From positions 124,001 to 188,000 of the IMG/VR virus record IMGVR_UViG_3300032294_002797: a stretch of DNA of 64,000 bases. One strand, 5' to 3'. Made by a program: the position numbers and the translations under genes. The notes under the pieces were generated by a model. That model did not search any database and had not been told where the DNA came from. It saw nothing but the letters and a program-made list of their open reading frames with translations. Shown here piece by piece: positions 28,998 through 38,823 of the stretch; the stretch's first letter is position 1, and every line of letters starts with the position of its first letter.

Positions 28998-29798
28998 TTA
29001 TACGATCTTTTCTGTTTTTAGCCAACTACCAGCTAATACCGCTCCATCTACATTGTTTGCTGCAAATCTAACCAATATTCTATCAGACTCGGTAGCATAG
29101 GTGGATACAGTAAACTTATTTATAGAAGTGGTTAGACTATTATTTACACCATCAGCTATAGTTGACCAGCCGCTCATTGATGACGAGGTATTATAAGTAG
29201 ATTGATTAACAAGATCGTTGGTATTCCAAGTACCATATATATTTAATAGATTATTGTTAGTAGCTAATATACCAGTAGAACTAATTTGACCAGATATTCG
29301 TGTTGAGCTAGTTGTTTGATTCAATATTAATCCAACTTCACAAAGATATTTGGTATTGGGTTTTAAATTTATGCTTAGTTCGTTTAATGCAGTAGGGGCG
29401 CCTGTATACGATACTGGCGTGCCTAAGATTTTAATCTGTTGCTCGATAAGGCCGCTAACAGCATTACCAAAATCAGTAATATCTGCTGATGTATGCTTAT
29501 GTCCAGTATAAGAAACCCCTGTTGTACAAATACTAATTTTATTCATCGATGGTGGAAATAGTCCAGTATTTATATGAGGTATAATCTGAATACCTGTGCA
29601 GCCACTCACCATTTCATTAACCCTAAAAGACCATGCTGCTAGACCGGATACTGGCATTCTAGAAGTAACTAAATCAACAAAGCCCTGACTAGGATCACTA
29701 GGATTCCTATACTGCCCTACTCCTGTTACAACTACTAGATAATCTTTATCAAAAACTCTGCCAGCTTCATTTAGTTCTGAAATTTTACGGTCGGCCAT
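28998..29798 (-). CDS. Virion/fibre structural protein
   Basis: KISEL N-terminus shared with the neighbour; GHKHTSADITDF HxH module. Confidence 0.7.
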   Translation of the reverse strand: MADRKISELNEAGRVFDKDYLVVVTGVGQYRNPSDPSQGFVDLVTSRMPVSGLAAWSFRVNEMVSGCTGIQIIPHINTGLFPPSMNKISICTTGVSYTGHKHTSADITDFGNAVSGLIEQQIKILGTPVSYTGAPTALNELSINLKPNTKYLCEVGLILNQTTSSTRISGQISSTGILATNNNLLNIYGTWNTNDLVNQSTYNTSSSMSGWSTIADGVNNSLTTSINKFTVSTYATESDRILVRFAANNVDGAVLAGSWLKTEKIV

Positions 29799-29847
29799 CG
29801 TGTGTCCTTTCTGAAAGAAAAACGGTCATTATGTTCAGTATACTTAC

Positions 29848-29856
29848 TTATACACC
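29848..29856 (-). promoter_or_regulatory. Putative phage promoter motif GGTGTATAA
   Basis: Intergenic, about 49 nt upstream of the ATG at 29798. Confidence 0.5.
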
Positions 29857-29902
29857 TTTGAATCAAAATGAGAGGTATATGATTTGAATCTTGTTTAAGC
29901 GG

Positions 29903-30154
29903 CTATTTTGTTTGTGACAGCTTGTTATATAGTACCAAACTAAGTACTGCTCCGACAGTACCCGCAAACAATCCGGTAGGAGACAGTGATTCATATGAAC
30001 CGATTAGATATAGAATAGCGCCACCCATGTAAGATCCGGCTACACCTAATGCTACAGTTTTGACAAAACCAAAATTTTCATCGCCAGGAACAATACTTTT
30101 AGCGATACTACCCACAAATAAACCATATACGCACCATACTAATAAACTAAACAT
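29903..30154 (-). CDS. GlsB/YeaQ/YmgE (transglycosylase-associated) membrane protein
   Basis: GLFVGSIAKSIVPG...TVALGVAGSYMGG...GTVGAVL. Confidence 0.85.
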   Translation of the reverse strand: MFSLLVWCVYGLFVGSIAKSIVPGDENFGFVKTVALGVAGSYMGGAILYLIGSYESLSPTGLFAGTVGAVLSLVLYNKLSQTK

Positions 30155-30545
30155 TTGCTGTCTCCACTAGGGTTTGTAATTCTTCATCCGTGAGGGTTTC
30201 TCCATTATCTAAAAGACTGTTAACTATCGACAAAGAATATTTATTATAATCGTCAGGTTTCATTTCACGACGTAAGATTTTTTTGATTCTCATTTTGGTA
30301 AACCATCCTTGGCGCACACTATACTCTTTTACTTGTTGTCCATATAATGAGCATTTGTCGCTTAGTGAGCAATCTTTATTAAGTTTATTTTTATTGCATT
30401 CTTGAAGTATTCTTATTAAAGTTAGTATAACACTAATTATCATCAAGATGGTAAAAGGGTCGAAACTATGATTATCATTCTTAGGAAGATTAGACTTCTC
30501 TAATACTTTTAATGCAATATTTTTAAGTTGTTCTTTATTATCCAT
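30147..30545 (-). CDS. Hypothetical protein with one hydrophobic segment
   Basis: FDPFTILMIISVILTLIRILQEC. Confidence 0.6.
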   Translation of the reverse strand: MDNKEQLKNIALKVLEKSNLPKNDNHSFDPFTILMIISVILTLIRILQECNKNKLNKDCSLSDKCSLYGQQVKEYSVRQGWFTKMRIKKILRREMKPDDYNKYSLSIVNSLLDNGETLTDEELQTLVETANV

Positions 30546-30551
30546 TATTAT

Positions 30552-30872
30552 TTACCTTGTGGTTTTTTTAATAGGACAAACACCATTGGGACAATCGTTT
30601 TTGGCTGGGGCAGTCGGGGCTTGGGTAGACGACCCCTTTTCTGGCTCACAATAATTACATTCTATTTTTTTAATACCATCACCACTCATATACCACCCCT
30701 TGCCTTTGCAAACAGGACAGTCTTTACGCTTATATTTAACAACAGCGTCGTCTGAGTGCTTACTTTTAATAATAGCTCCAGCAAGTGTTACTGGGGCGGT
30801 TGTGGATCCATAATAAGATCCTCCAAACCATAATAATGAAATCCCTAATAAGCAAAGAATAGGCTTGTTCAT
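30552..30872 (-). CDS. Secreted/membrane protein with a DnaJ-like CxxCxGxG motif
   Basis: Hydrophobic N-terminus; CPVCKGKG...CNYC; CPNGVCP. Confidence 0.65.
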   Translation of the reverse strand: MNKPILCLLGISLLWFGGSYYGSTTAPVTLAGAIIKSKHSDDAVVKYKRKDCPVCKGKGWYMSGDGIKKIECNYCEPEKGSSTQAPTAPAKNDCPNGVCPIKKTTR

Positions 30873-30873
30873 A

Positions 30874-31080
30874 TTATTTTTTTCTCCATGGAAGAGGAAC
30901 TATATTGTCTATAGTATCAACCACTTTTTTAAGAGGTCGTGGACGATCAGGTTTATTAACTGGAGGATTGTCAACTTTAGGCTTTGGAGATAGTTTGATT
31001 ATTAGACTAACCAAACGCTCAAGAACACTTACTATCAGATTTACGAGACCTCGTATTTTTAATCGATCTCTAAGATTCAT
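30874..31080 (-). CDS. Small hypothetical protein (start reassigned to MNLRDR at 31080)
   Basis: GGAG RBS upstream of the ATG at 31080; amphipathic helix followed by a Pro-rich tail. Confidence 0.6.
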   Translation of the reverse strand: MNLRDRLKIRGLVNLIVSVLERLVSLIIKLSPKPKVDNPPVNKPDRPRPLKKVVDTIDNIVPLPWRKK

Positions 31081-31104
31081 AGAATACTCCTTATGGTATA
31101 TATT

Positions 31105-31114
31105 ATAATACACC
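31105..31114 (-). promoter_or_regulatory. Putative phage promoter motif GGTGTATTAT
   Basis: About 24 nt upstream of the ATG at 31080. Confidence 0.5.
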
Positions 31115-31133
31115 ATTAATAGTAGTCTAATAA

Positions 31134-32060
31134 TTATAGATAATCATCAAATCCGTAGTCTGGTAGTTTTTGTACAGGAAAGCCGTCAAAATTGCTAAAT
31201 GCGTAGGCCCCGTTTTGAGCTAGCATACCTTTTGCTACATCTGCATGGATTAAAAAAGAACCGTCTGGGATAGGACCCCAATCTGGATGTCCACCATCAT
31301 TCCATTTGCCCCAACTGTTTTGAACCAGAAATGATAGTTCTCCATTAGTATCATCACATGCTGTCCATGCCATAGCATGTGCCCATGAACCGGACTGTTT
31401 GGCAAAACCCTTCTTGTCTCGTGTACTACTAAATCCATAATTGGAACAAACACTTAATCCATAACCATTAGCTAAAGCGTCTCGTGCTTCTTCTACTGTT
31501 CTTACAAGACTGACTGTTTTTATTTGATGGTCATTTGCTAAATCTATAACGGGGTCTGGCAATCCTCGACCACCCCATCCTGCTCCAAGCATACCTTGGT
31601 ACTTAGAAAGATCCACAACACCCTTGTAGTTTTTCCTTACTAAAACACCACCATACTTACTCACAAACTCTGCTGCTCTAGCACAACTCATACCCTGTCC
31701 GCCGTGTCCACGAGCACCGTAAATCCCCTCTGTTGCGCCCCTGGCTATCCAACTCTCTCTATCTGCATGAACATCAATTTCTACTGCTCGACTAATATCA
31801 CAAGCGTTCCGTGTAGCATGTGAAACACAATCTCCAGTAACTTGTCTTTCATTATAAGGATGTTTATCAAACTTTAAAACACTCTTATAGGGCGTTGACA
31901 GCTTGCCTTTTCCTGTGCCGCTTACTCTTCTGCTAGCATCGCCGAATAATGGATATTTAGACACCTCCATTAAATGGTCATATACGTGAGGCTCCCAAAG
32001 GCACCCGCTAAATCCTTGACGATATTGATCGTATAATTCTTTTGGAGTAAAACGTGGCAT
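31134..32060 (-). CDS. Papain-like cysteine peptidase (C1-like), catalytic residues intact
   Basis: QVTGDCVSHA (Gln, Cys), SWAHAM (His), VQNSWG (Asn). Confidence 0.85.
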   Translation of the reverse strand: MPRFTPKELYDQYRQGFSGCLWEPHVYDHLMEVSKYPLFGDASRRVSGTGKGKLSTPYKSVLKFDKHPYNERQVTGDCVSHATRNACDISRAVEIDVHADRESWIARGATEGIYGARGHGGQGMSCARAAEFVSKYGGVLVRKNYKGVVDLSKYQGMLGAGWGGRGLPDPVIDLANDHQIKTVSLVRTVEEARDALANGYGLSVCSNYGFSSTRDKKGFAKQSGSWAHAMAWTACDDTNGELSFLVQNSWGKWNDGGHPDWGPIPDGSFLIHADVAKGMLAQNGAYAFSNFDGFPVQKLPDYGFDDYL

Positions 32061-32581
32061 TACTTACTAGCCTCATTATAAGCCCAGGCTAAAGCATTAA
32101 AACCTTCTACTGCTTTCACTCTTAGGTCAGGAGTTAAATTAATATTATCATCACCGATACTTGCTACAATAACTTCTTTAGCTTCTTTAGGCAGATCAGC
32201 ATACTTGCCCTTAATGTCTAATCGTAGCATAACACCGGCTATGCTATTAGCTTGACGAATTTCATCAGTACTTTTAATTACTAAATCTTCACCATCTAAT
32301 TGTACCAATCGCCCTAAATCTAAAGTTAAATCTCGTAATCTTTTGAAATCATTCTTTGAGCCGCTAGAGGCTTTTAACAGATTAATAACATCTTGTGCTT
32401 CTTTCTTAACATTTTCATCTGATGGAGATACCAATTCCATAACATCAACATTGGATGGTGATGGTCGAACAGGATTTAATCGTCCAAGATCAAATTTGGT
32501 CAATCCCAACAAGATTAATAAGCCACCGACTACTAATACTAAATTTTTATTCATGATACAACGTCCTCTTTTTTCGAGCAT
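32060..32581 (-). CDS. Membrane-anchored hypothetical protein (probable start MNKNL)
   Basis: LVLVVGGLLILLGL followed by a helical domain. Confidence 0.6.
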   Translation of the reverse strand: MLEKRGRCIMNKNLVLVVGGLLILLGLTKFDLGRLNPVRPSPSNVDVMELVSPSDENVKKEAQDVINLLKASSGSKNDFKRLRDLTLDLGRLVQLDGEDLVIKSTDEIRQANSIAGVMLRLDIKGKYADLPKEAKEVIVASIGDDNINLTPDLRVKAVEGFNALAWAYNEASK

Positions 32582-32958
32582 ACTGTTGGGCTAAGATAAG
32601 GAAACATTTGATCAGCAGCCTTTACTGCTTCATCACAATTGCTTTGTAATGCAAGATCCCTTGTTTGTTTCCAGCTTACAACTAACTTAAAAAACAAATC
32701 ATCACTATCCACAACGGGTTGTTGTGTTGATACTGGCAATACCGGAACATTTGGAGTAAATACAGGAAGCGACGGAACTTTTGAGTTAGACCCTAAAAGA
32801 GTTTTAACTTTTTCTACAACAGACAAAACTAAAGATTGTACAGGACTTAGCTTGTCCTTGAATAAAACCCATAGTACTAATCCGGCGCCCGCATATAGGG
32901 CTAAATCTGTGGTTGTTAGTCTGCTAGCAAATTGATCAAAACTTTCTGTGAAATTCAT
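32551..32958 (-). CDS. Membrane hypothetical protein
   Basis: LALYAGAGLVLWVLF transmembrane segment. Confidence 0.6.
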   Translation of the reverse strand: MNFTESFDQFASRLTTTDLALYAGAGLVLWVLFKDKLSPVQSLVLSVVEKVKTLLGSNSKVPSLPVFTPNVPVLPVSTQQPVVDSDDLFFKLVVSWKQTRDLALQSNCDEAVKAADQMFPYLSPTVCSKKEDVVS

Positions 32959-32970
32959 TTTATAACCTCG

Positions 32971-33399
32971 TTATTTGTCTGAAACTCGTGGCTTAGTGTC
33001 CATAAAAGCATTTATTTTTGCGGCGGGATCAACAAAGACTCCGGTATTCCTAAAAGTTGTTACCATAGCATCAATTGTGGAACTGACCAAGATCATAAGA
33101 AATGCTTTAACGTACTTATGTATAATAGGCTCAACCAGATTAGGAACAAACGGAACATCTACTACTATAAAAACATTATCATAGAACTTATTCAATAATT
33201 CCATAGCAATAGCTTTTTTATCTTTTCCAGCTAAATCAACGGCTGTATTTTCTATAATCTGAATTGTGGCCGCTACGGCTAATTGTAGTATTTTCCAAGC
33301 TTGAGCTAGTGCTACTACCTTAACTTCATTTAGGGATTTTTTTGCTTGATTTACTAGTTTTTCTACTTCTAGGCTTACTAGTTCTTTTGTTGTTAACAT
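32971..33399 (-). CDS. Hypothetical helical protein, holin-like neighbourhood
   Basis: GKDKKAIAMELL motif recalls small phage membrane/holin families (weak). Confidence 0.5.
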   Translation of the reverse strand: MLTTKELVSLEVEKLVNQAKKSLNEVKVVALAQAWKILQLAVAATIQIIENTAVDLAGKDKKAIAMELLNKFYDNVFIVVDVPFVPNLVEPIIHKYVKAFLMILVSSTIDAMVTTFRNTGVFVDPAAKINAFMDTKPRVSDK

Positions 33400-33682
33400 C
33401 TTTTTTTCTCCCGTCGTTTATAGAATTTGCTATTTCTCGCTCTGTTCTGTCTGCAGTATCCCACCAAGTTTTCTTAATTTCTTTTCTACTATTAATATAT
33501 TTATATAATATTGCTAATTGACCACCAATAAGAATACAACTTTCTACAGCATGGCTCACATTACCAATCAATTCTTCTTTATGATTATTGTCATTAATTA
33601 TACCTAATAGGTATAAACCACTAAAAATAAAGCTTACGGCGGTAAACCAAAACTCACTTGTGCGATATCCTGGTTTGATCAT
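33326..33682 (-). CDS. Putative holin-like membrane protein
   Basis: KPGYRTSEFW N-terminus, two hydrophobic segments, basic C-terminal tail. Confidence 0.55.
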   Translation of the reverse strand: MIKPGYRTSEFWFTAVSFIFSGLYLLGIINDNNHKEELIGNVSHAVESCILIGGQLAILYKYINSRKEIKKTWWDTADRTEREIANSINDGRKKDVNNKRTSKPRSRKTSKSSKKIPK

Positions 33683-33717
33683 GTCTGTTCTCCAAAGTAA
33701 GATTTAACGATTATTGT

Positions 33718-33727
33718 TATATACACC
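33718..33727 (-). promoter_or_regulatory. Putative phage promoter motif GGTGTATATA
   Basis: Intergenic, about 35 nt upstream of the ATG at 33682. Confidence 0.55.
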
Positions 33728-33765
33728 TTCTGAGAATATTTGTATATCAATAGAATTTGACCATA

Positions 33766-34140
33766 TTATGTATTTAATGCGGCTTCTTTTCTATTAGCAT
33801 ACTCCACAGAAAGCTCGGCTCTGTAGTGTCCATAGGCTAACATTAATTGAGTTATTTCTATCAAATTCATAGAGTGAGGAATCCCATCAGTATCAACAAT
33901 TTGTGGAAGAGGTAATCCCATTTCGTCCGCTTGCTTGGCTAATACAAAGGCTCCTGTTAAAAGCGTAACATCAGTATCTTTTAACCCTAACTTCCAAGCA
34001 TAAGAGGTTGTAAAACCTAAAGATATTTGGTCTGAAAACCAATCATCCACAGATTTTAACTCAATTTGTTTATCTATTTCTGCTTTTTTAATAGGATCTA
34101 TAAAAATTTTAGACATGATAGTCTGCCTCCTGTTCTGCAA
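33766..34140 (-). CDS. Tail-fibre-associated small protein (DUF4376-like, weak)
   Basis: Follows a fibre gene; helical C-terminus LMLAYG. Confidence 0.5.
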   Translation of the reverse strand: MQNRRQTIMSKIFIDPIKKAEIDKQIELKSVDDWFSDQISLGFTTSYAWKLGLKDTDVTLLTGAFVLAKQADEMGLPLPQIVDTDGIPHSMNLIEITQLMLAYGHYRAELSVEYANRKEAALNT

Positions 34141-34372
34141 ACCATGCGTCGTGTCCTATGCCGTATCCATCAGGATTAGAAAAATCAGCATTCCAAGCTG
34201 ATCTATAGGTTCTATCAGATGGAATATCGTCTACCGAAACAATCAAGAAAGGAACCCCTGATGGAACATCTTTTCTTGCTATTTCAAATATTGGTATTGT
34301 ATCAGTACATGGAATAATAACCGCTATGGTATTATCTGCTGGATAAATAATTCGTTCTGTTATAGAAATCAT
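34109..34372 (-). CDS. Tail-fibre assembly chaperone-like protein
   Basis: IARKDVPSGVPFLIV...IPSDRTYRSAW; directly follows a fibre gene. Confidence 0.65.
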   Translation of the reverse strand: MISITERIIYPADNTIAVIIPCTDTIPIFEIARKDVPSGVPFLIVSVDDIPSDRTYRSAWNADFSNPDGYGIGHDAWFAEQEADYHV

Positions 34373-34375
34373 ATT

Positions 34376-35779
34376 TCACCTAAAAATAGCTACAGAAATA
34401 TTAGAAGTATCAAATAATGTGTTAGTCGCCCCCTGCATAACGACAACAGGAACTGCGGTAGTTGTTTTGGTTCTTTGTGAATTTTGACCTACTACTCCTG
34501 CTCTAGATTGTCCATCCCAATTTGCAGATCCTATAATAGCGTATAGTGTGTCTGGCATACTTACGCCCAAATTCAGAGTATAATCTCCAACACCATTATC
34601 TGTGATAGATGAAAAATTAATTGCCCCAATTATACTTGGTGTTGATGTACCATTAAAAACAACCCAACCTCGACAAAAACAGGCTGGTTTAACCCCAGAT
34701 GCCACTGCTCCAGCTACTGTGCAGTCCCAAAAACCATTAGAGCTTAATACTAATTGGGTGTGTCTACGATCAACAGTTTTACTACCTGCTTCAGTATTAC
34801 TAAAAGTCATTGACGTAGAGCCGTCGGGATTTCTTAATAGTAGAATACTAGAATCTTCTATTCCATTCTGGTTTGCTGAAGAAAGAAACCCTGCTGACTG
34901 AGCTGCTGTGGTATCTAGATTAGATCGTAACCTCATGCCGACAAAAGTTGACGAAGAAGTAACTGTGGCCGTATCTGTGAATGTTGGTGTGACCAATCCT
35001 AGAGTAGATCGAGCGGTGGCCGCGTCGGCATCATCAATTAAACTACGGCCAAATGATGTGCAAGTTATTTCTTGAACCACGCCAGCACCAGCACCAGATC
35101 GTCCCAAGATTCTATCTGTGGCTGAAACGTTTTGTATTTTGGCGTATGTAACGTTAGCATCTACTATTTTAGCTGTTGTTACAGTTCCATCAGTTGGTGT
35201 GCGAGTATCAGATAAACGACTATCATTACCTACACAGAAACTATTAGCGGTATTTCCGAATGATCCTACTGTAATAGCGCCAGCAGTTGTGGTAATAAGG
35301 GGCAAATTAGCAGTTGCTCCAATTGCTCCAGCATTTGTGATATTACCGTGAGTGTGACTAAGCGGAGTACGAGAATCAGATAACCTACTATCATTACCTT
35401 GGCAAAAGGTATTAGCTGTAGTACCAAATGATCCTGTTGTAATAGCGCCAGCTGTTGTTGTGATAAGCGGTAAATTTGCGGTAGATCCTATGGCTCCAGC
35501 ATTAGTAATATTACCATGAGTATGGCCGCTGACACTAACAGCTATGCCACCAACGCTTAAACTAGTAAAATTACCGCTACTACTACTTAATAGGGCTCCG
35601 CTTATAGAAACTCCGCTATTTGGCAAGATAGCATATGGTAAACTATTCCATGTAGAAGTACCATCTCCAAACTTTATGCGTCCGGTATCTGTTTCTAAAA
35701 TCATCTCTCCAGCTAATAGAACGGGATTAACCGAAGCTAAATTAGCTGCTGTACCTCTTAAATTTTGTATTTGTGGCAT
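34376..35779 (-). CDS. Tail fibre protein with Mtd_N/hyaluronidase-type N-terminus
   Basis: NPVLLAGEMILETDTGRIKFGDGTSTWNSLPY; HTHGNIT modules; C-terminal SSITDNGVGDYTLN. Confidence 0.85.
   Translation of the reverse strand: MPQIQNLRGTAANLASVNPVLLAGEMILETDTGRIKFGDGTSTWNSLPYAILPNSGVSISGALLSSSSGNFTSLSVGGIAVSVSGHTHGNITNAGAIGSTANLPLITTTAGAITTGSFGTTANTFCQGNDSRLSDSRTPLSHTHGNITNAGAIGATANLPLITTTAGAITVGSFGNTANSFCVGNDSRLSDTRTPTDGTVTTAKIVDANVTYAKIQNVSATDRILGRSGAGAGVVQEITCTSFGRSLIDDADAATARSTLGLVTPTFTDTATVTSSSTFVGMRLRSNLDTTAAQSAGFLSSANQNGIEDSSILLLRNPDGSTSMTFSNTEAGSKTVDRRHTQLVLSSNGFWDCTVAGAVASGVKPACFCRGWVVFNGTSTPSIIGAINFSSITDNGVGDYTLNLGVSMPDTLYAIIGSANWDGQSRAGVVGQNSQRTKTTTAVPVVVMQGATNTLFDTSNISVAIFR
35195..35524 (-). 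repeat. Tandem duplication of a 56-aa (168 bp) fibre segment
   Basis: HTHGNITNAGAIG.TANLPLITTTAGAIT.GSFG.TAN.FC.GNDSRLSD.RTP, twice. Confidence 0.9.
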
Positions 35780-35782
35780 AAT

Positions 35783-36298
35783 TTACTCCTGTAATGATCT
35801 CCACAACTCTATATCTTTAGAATATATGTAGTGTATTTTATCTAGCTCGTCAACAGATAAAGGCGTTATAGATCCGTAAGATTGATTACAAATCTCTAAG
35901 GGTTTATATAAGCCCAACCATTTTGCACAATCTTGTAGCTGGGCTTCAAACAAAAAATACTTATCAAAATGTCCAGTGGGTAGTGGTTGCGGAGGTCTAG
36001 AGAGCCAATAGTCAATATTATAATCTGGCTTATGTCTTAACATAGATACGAATCTATCTATTGGATTTCTAACTATAACGCATGTATTGCTCTGTGATCC
36101 ATCATAAAATTCTTGTGTTGGTAAAAAAACTGCTGGATGAATATCTCTAACCGTAACGGTATTAGGCCAATAGCAATCAATAGCACACTTGGTAAAAGAA
36201 GTAGATGCTGAACGATGAGTTAACACCAAAGATTTACCATTTGGCATTTTTAATATATTACTCATATTATGATCCTCCTGCCAATAGAGATATCTCAC
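35783..36298 (-). CDS. Sulfotransferase-like protein (PAPS-binding motifs)
   Basis: THRSASTSF resembles the 5'-PSB loop; VRNPIDRFVS resembles 3'-PB; YSKDIEL C-terminus. Confidence 0.65.
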   Translation of the reverse strand: MRYLYWQEDHNMSNILKMPNGKSLVLTHRSASTSFTKCAIDCYWPNTVTVRDIHPAVFLPTQEFYDGSQSNTCVIVRNPIDRFVSMLRHKPDYNIDYWLSRPPQPLPTGHFDKYFLFEAQLQDCAKWLGLYKPLEICNQSYGSITPLSVDELDKIHYIYSKDIELWRSLQE

Positions 36299-38786
36299 TA
36301 TCCGTTAATATACTATCATATATTTTTAAATTATCTATTAAGCCATTGAATGATCCGTATTTAACAGATCCTCCTATGACGAAGGATGTAAATGCTGTTT
36401 TAGCACCAGTGGGGCCGGTCATAGACGTTTCAAAAATTCCATCTATATAAATTTTCATTTGTCCAGTAGAAGAATTTCTTGTGCAAGTTACGTGCTTCCA
36501 GGTTCCCGTGTTAATTAAAGAATTAGAAAGCAATGTTGTATCAGGATTGCCTACTCCAAAAGCCACTTTATTATTTAAATAAGTGATACCAAAATCATTG
36601 ACACTTCCGGGTGCCTCTCCGTTCACTAAAGAAACTCCATCATACCAATTGCTATATGAAGGCGAAGAAGAAGACGTATTAACAAAAAATGCTATGGTCC
36701 AATTTGTAGATATAGATCTTGGTATTGTGACATATTTAGCCCCAGTATTTAGTTGTATAGCATTATTAACTCGACCAGTAACAAAAGACGGAGAACCAAA
36801 AGCAGTACCATTATATGATGGATTAGTACTATTCACATTAGAATCAAATGGGTAAGCAGCTAATGGGGTTGTTAAAGACGGACCTGATGGAACAATAACT
36901 CCGCAATCTATTATGCCAATACCTATTGTATAATTATTTCCACTACTAGAAACAATAATACCACTAACCCCTGATATATTAATATTAGATATACCAGAAC
37001 TATTAATAGTAAAAATTCCGCTATTATTATTTATAGATATTCCGCTACCAGCTGTTATATTTTTAACGGCAAGTAGGCCACTAACACTACTATTAAAATT
37101 ACTAATTAACGAAGAATTAATTCCAGAGCTTGATGTTAATGAACCGCCTGTTGTTGTAACAACTAATAATCCGCTAGTAGAGCCAATTTTTCCTGTATAT
37201 GCTGTTTCTTGTACTGTATTATCGCTAAATATAATTGCTTCGGGGGCTAACACCATACCACCATTGGCTATATAATCACCACTAATACCAATGAAAATAC
37301 TAGAGCATTCAAACTGAACATCACTATTTGCAACTAATAATCCACTATCGCTAGTAGTAATAACACGATTAGCAACACTTCCGATTTGACCAGAACTATT
37401 TATGTTTCCGTGGGAATGAACCAAGGGAGAGGCAAATATAGAATCTCGTAATTGAATATGTACATCATTAAGGATAGCTTCTGTACCCCAAACCGGCGTG
37501 GCATCTGAAAAAGATAGAATATCCCAGTTGTTAACCGGATCATAAAGAATTTGCGATTTTGGCGCATAATCTGTTGTTGTAATGACTCCATCGACATCAG
37601 TAATAAGAACCTTATTTCCAGAAGCTCCTATTGTTCCACTGCTTGTGATATTTCCATGGGAGTGTACCTCTAAACCTATAACGCCACCCCCATTATCTGG
37701 AAAAGTAAAAGTACTGTTTGTCGTCATATATGGAGAAGCTACTAGTCTACAATAATTACCATTAGTAGCATTTAAGTCTATCGTGGGTGGCTCGTCTGTA
37801 GGAGCAGGAGAGACATATCCGTTAACTATAAGTTTATTTGTTGTGGTAGAGCCTGGATTAATTGCATTATATATATTTTCTGGGATTATAGAGCCGACAG
37901 CCATAATATCTCTAAAGTTGCCAGTTCCAGCAACATCTAATTTATAGACTGGAGAATCAACACCTATCCCAACATTTCCATCAGAGCCAAATTTCGCAAC
38001 CTCATACTGATAACCAAAACCTCCAGCTTCAAATACAATAGCTGCTTGAGCACCAAAGGCTAGATTACCACCATTATCTCCTTTAACGTAACATTGGGTT
38101 GCGTCTGTTGCGTCAACGAACCCTAAAGGAATTTGACTGCCTTGACTTTTAATATTTAAAATAGTAGTACTAACATCATTGCTAGTTGCTTCGAATACAG
38201 TATGCGTGTGTCCGCTCAAACTAACACCCGTCCCATTAACTAATAAACTTTGAGTAAAATTCCCACTAGGACTAGTAATAGAACCAGTAAAAGAAGCCCC
38301 ACTTAAATTAGCCTTACCAGCCAAACTATTTGTGACCGTTGTGCTAAAGTTAGCATCATTGCCGAGCGCAGTTGCTAATTCATTAAGAGTATCAAGGGTT
38401 GATGGGGCAGATGCCACTAGATTACTGATTTCGGTTCTGACAAATGCTGTGCTGGCAATTTGATTAGTATTAGTACCACTAGATGCTGTGGGAGCTAGCG
38501 GAACTCCTGTCAAGGTTGGGCTGTTTAGTGGAGCATAAATACCGTTGATCAAACCACTGACACTGCTGTTAAAATCAGTAATATTCGCAGAGGTATGGGT
38601 ATGACCACTAGCACTAACCGCAACGCCATTGATTAATAATCCGCTAGACGAACTAATACTTATATTGCCACTAGCGCTAGATAAAACTAAACTATTACCT
38701 GACAAAGCCACACTAGCAGCATTATCACTAATATTTTGGCTAAATCTAATATTACCACTAGATGGTGTTATTAATACATCTGGCAT
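36267..38786 (-). CDS. Tail fibre protein with C-terminal LamG (concanavalin A-like) domain
   Basis: APTASSGTNTNQIASTAFV, APSTLDTLNELATALGND, HxH modules; C-terminal WKHVTCTR...IYIDG...GLIDNLKIY. Confidence 0.88.
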   Translation of the reverse strand: MPDVLITPSSGNIRFSQNISDNAASVALSGNSLVLSSASGNISISSSSGLLINGVAVSASGHTHTSANITDFNSSVSGLINGIYAPLNSPTLTGVPLAPTASSGTNTNQIASTAFVRTEISNLVASAPSTLDTLNELATALGNDANFSTTVTNSLAGKANLSGASFTGSITSPSGNFTQSLLVNGTGVSLSGHTHTVFEATSNDVSTTILNIKSQGSQIPLGFVDATDATQCYVKGDNGGNLAFGAQAAIVFEAGGFGYQYEVAKFGSDGNVGIGVDSPVYKLDVAGTGNFRDIMAVGSIIPENIYNAINPGSTTTNKLIVNGYVSPAPTDEPPTIDLNATNGNYCRLVASPYMTTNSTFTFPDNGGGVIGLEVHSHGNITSSGTIGASGNKVLITDVDGVITTTDYAPKSQILYDPVNNWDILSFSDATPVWGTEAILNDVHIQLRDSIFASPLVHSHGNINSSGQIGSVANRVITTSDSGLLVANSDVQFECSSIFIGISGDYIANGGMVLAPEAIIFSDNTVQETAYTGKIGSTSGLLVVTTTGGSLTSSSGINSSLISNFNSSVSGLLAVKNITAGSGISINNNSGIFTINSSGISNINISGVSGIIVSSSGNNYTIGIGIIDCGVIVPSGPSLTTPLAAYPFDSNVNSTNPSYNGTAFGSPSFVTGRVNNAIQLNTGAKYVTIPRSISTNWTIAFFVNTSSSSPSYSNWYDGVSLVNGEAPGSVNDFGITYLNNKVAFGVGNPDTTLLSNSLINTGTWKHVTCTRNSSTGQMKIYIDGIFETSMTGPTGAKTAFTSFVIGGSVKYGSFNGLIDNLKIYDSILTDSEISLLAGGS

Positions 38787-38813
38787 AAAAATTCCTTAAA
38801 GTTTGAATAATAT

Positions 38814-38823
38814 ATTATACACT
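38814..38823 (-). promoter_or_regulatory. Putative promoter motif variant AGTGTATAAT
   Basis: Overlaps the stop of the upstream ORF, about 27 nt upstream of the ATG at 38786. Confidence 0.4.

Noticed and set aside
33753-33762. TGGTCAAATT upstream of two promoter-like motifs (also 56685-56694) as a -35 box
   Set aside because: Spacing to the GGTGTAT motif differs (about 25 vs 13 nt) and it is absent at the other sites.
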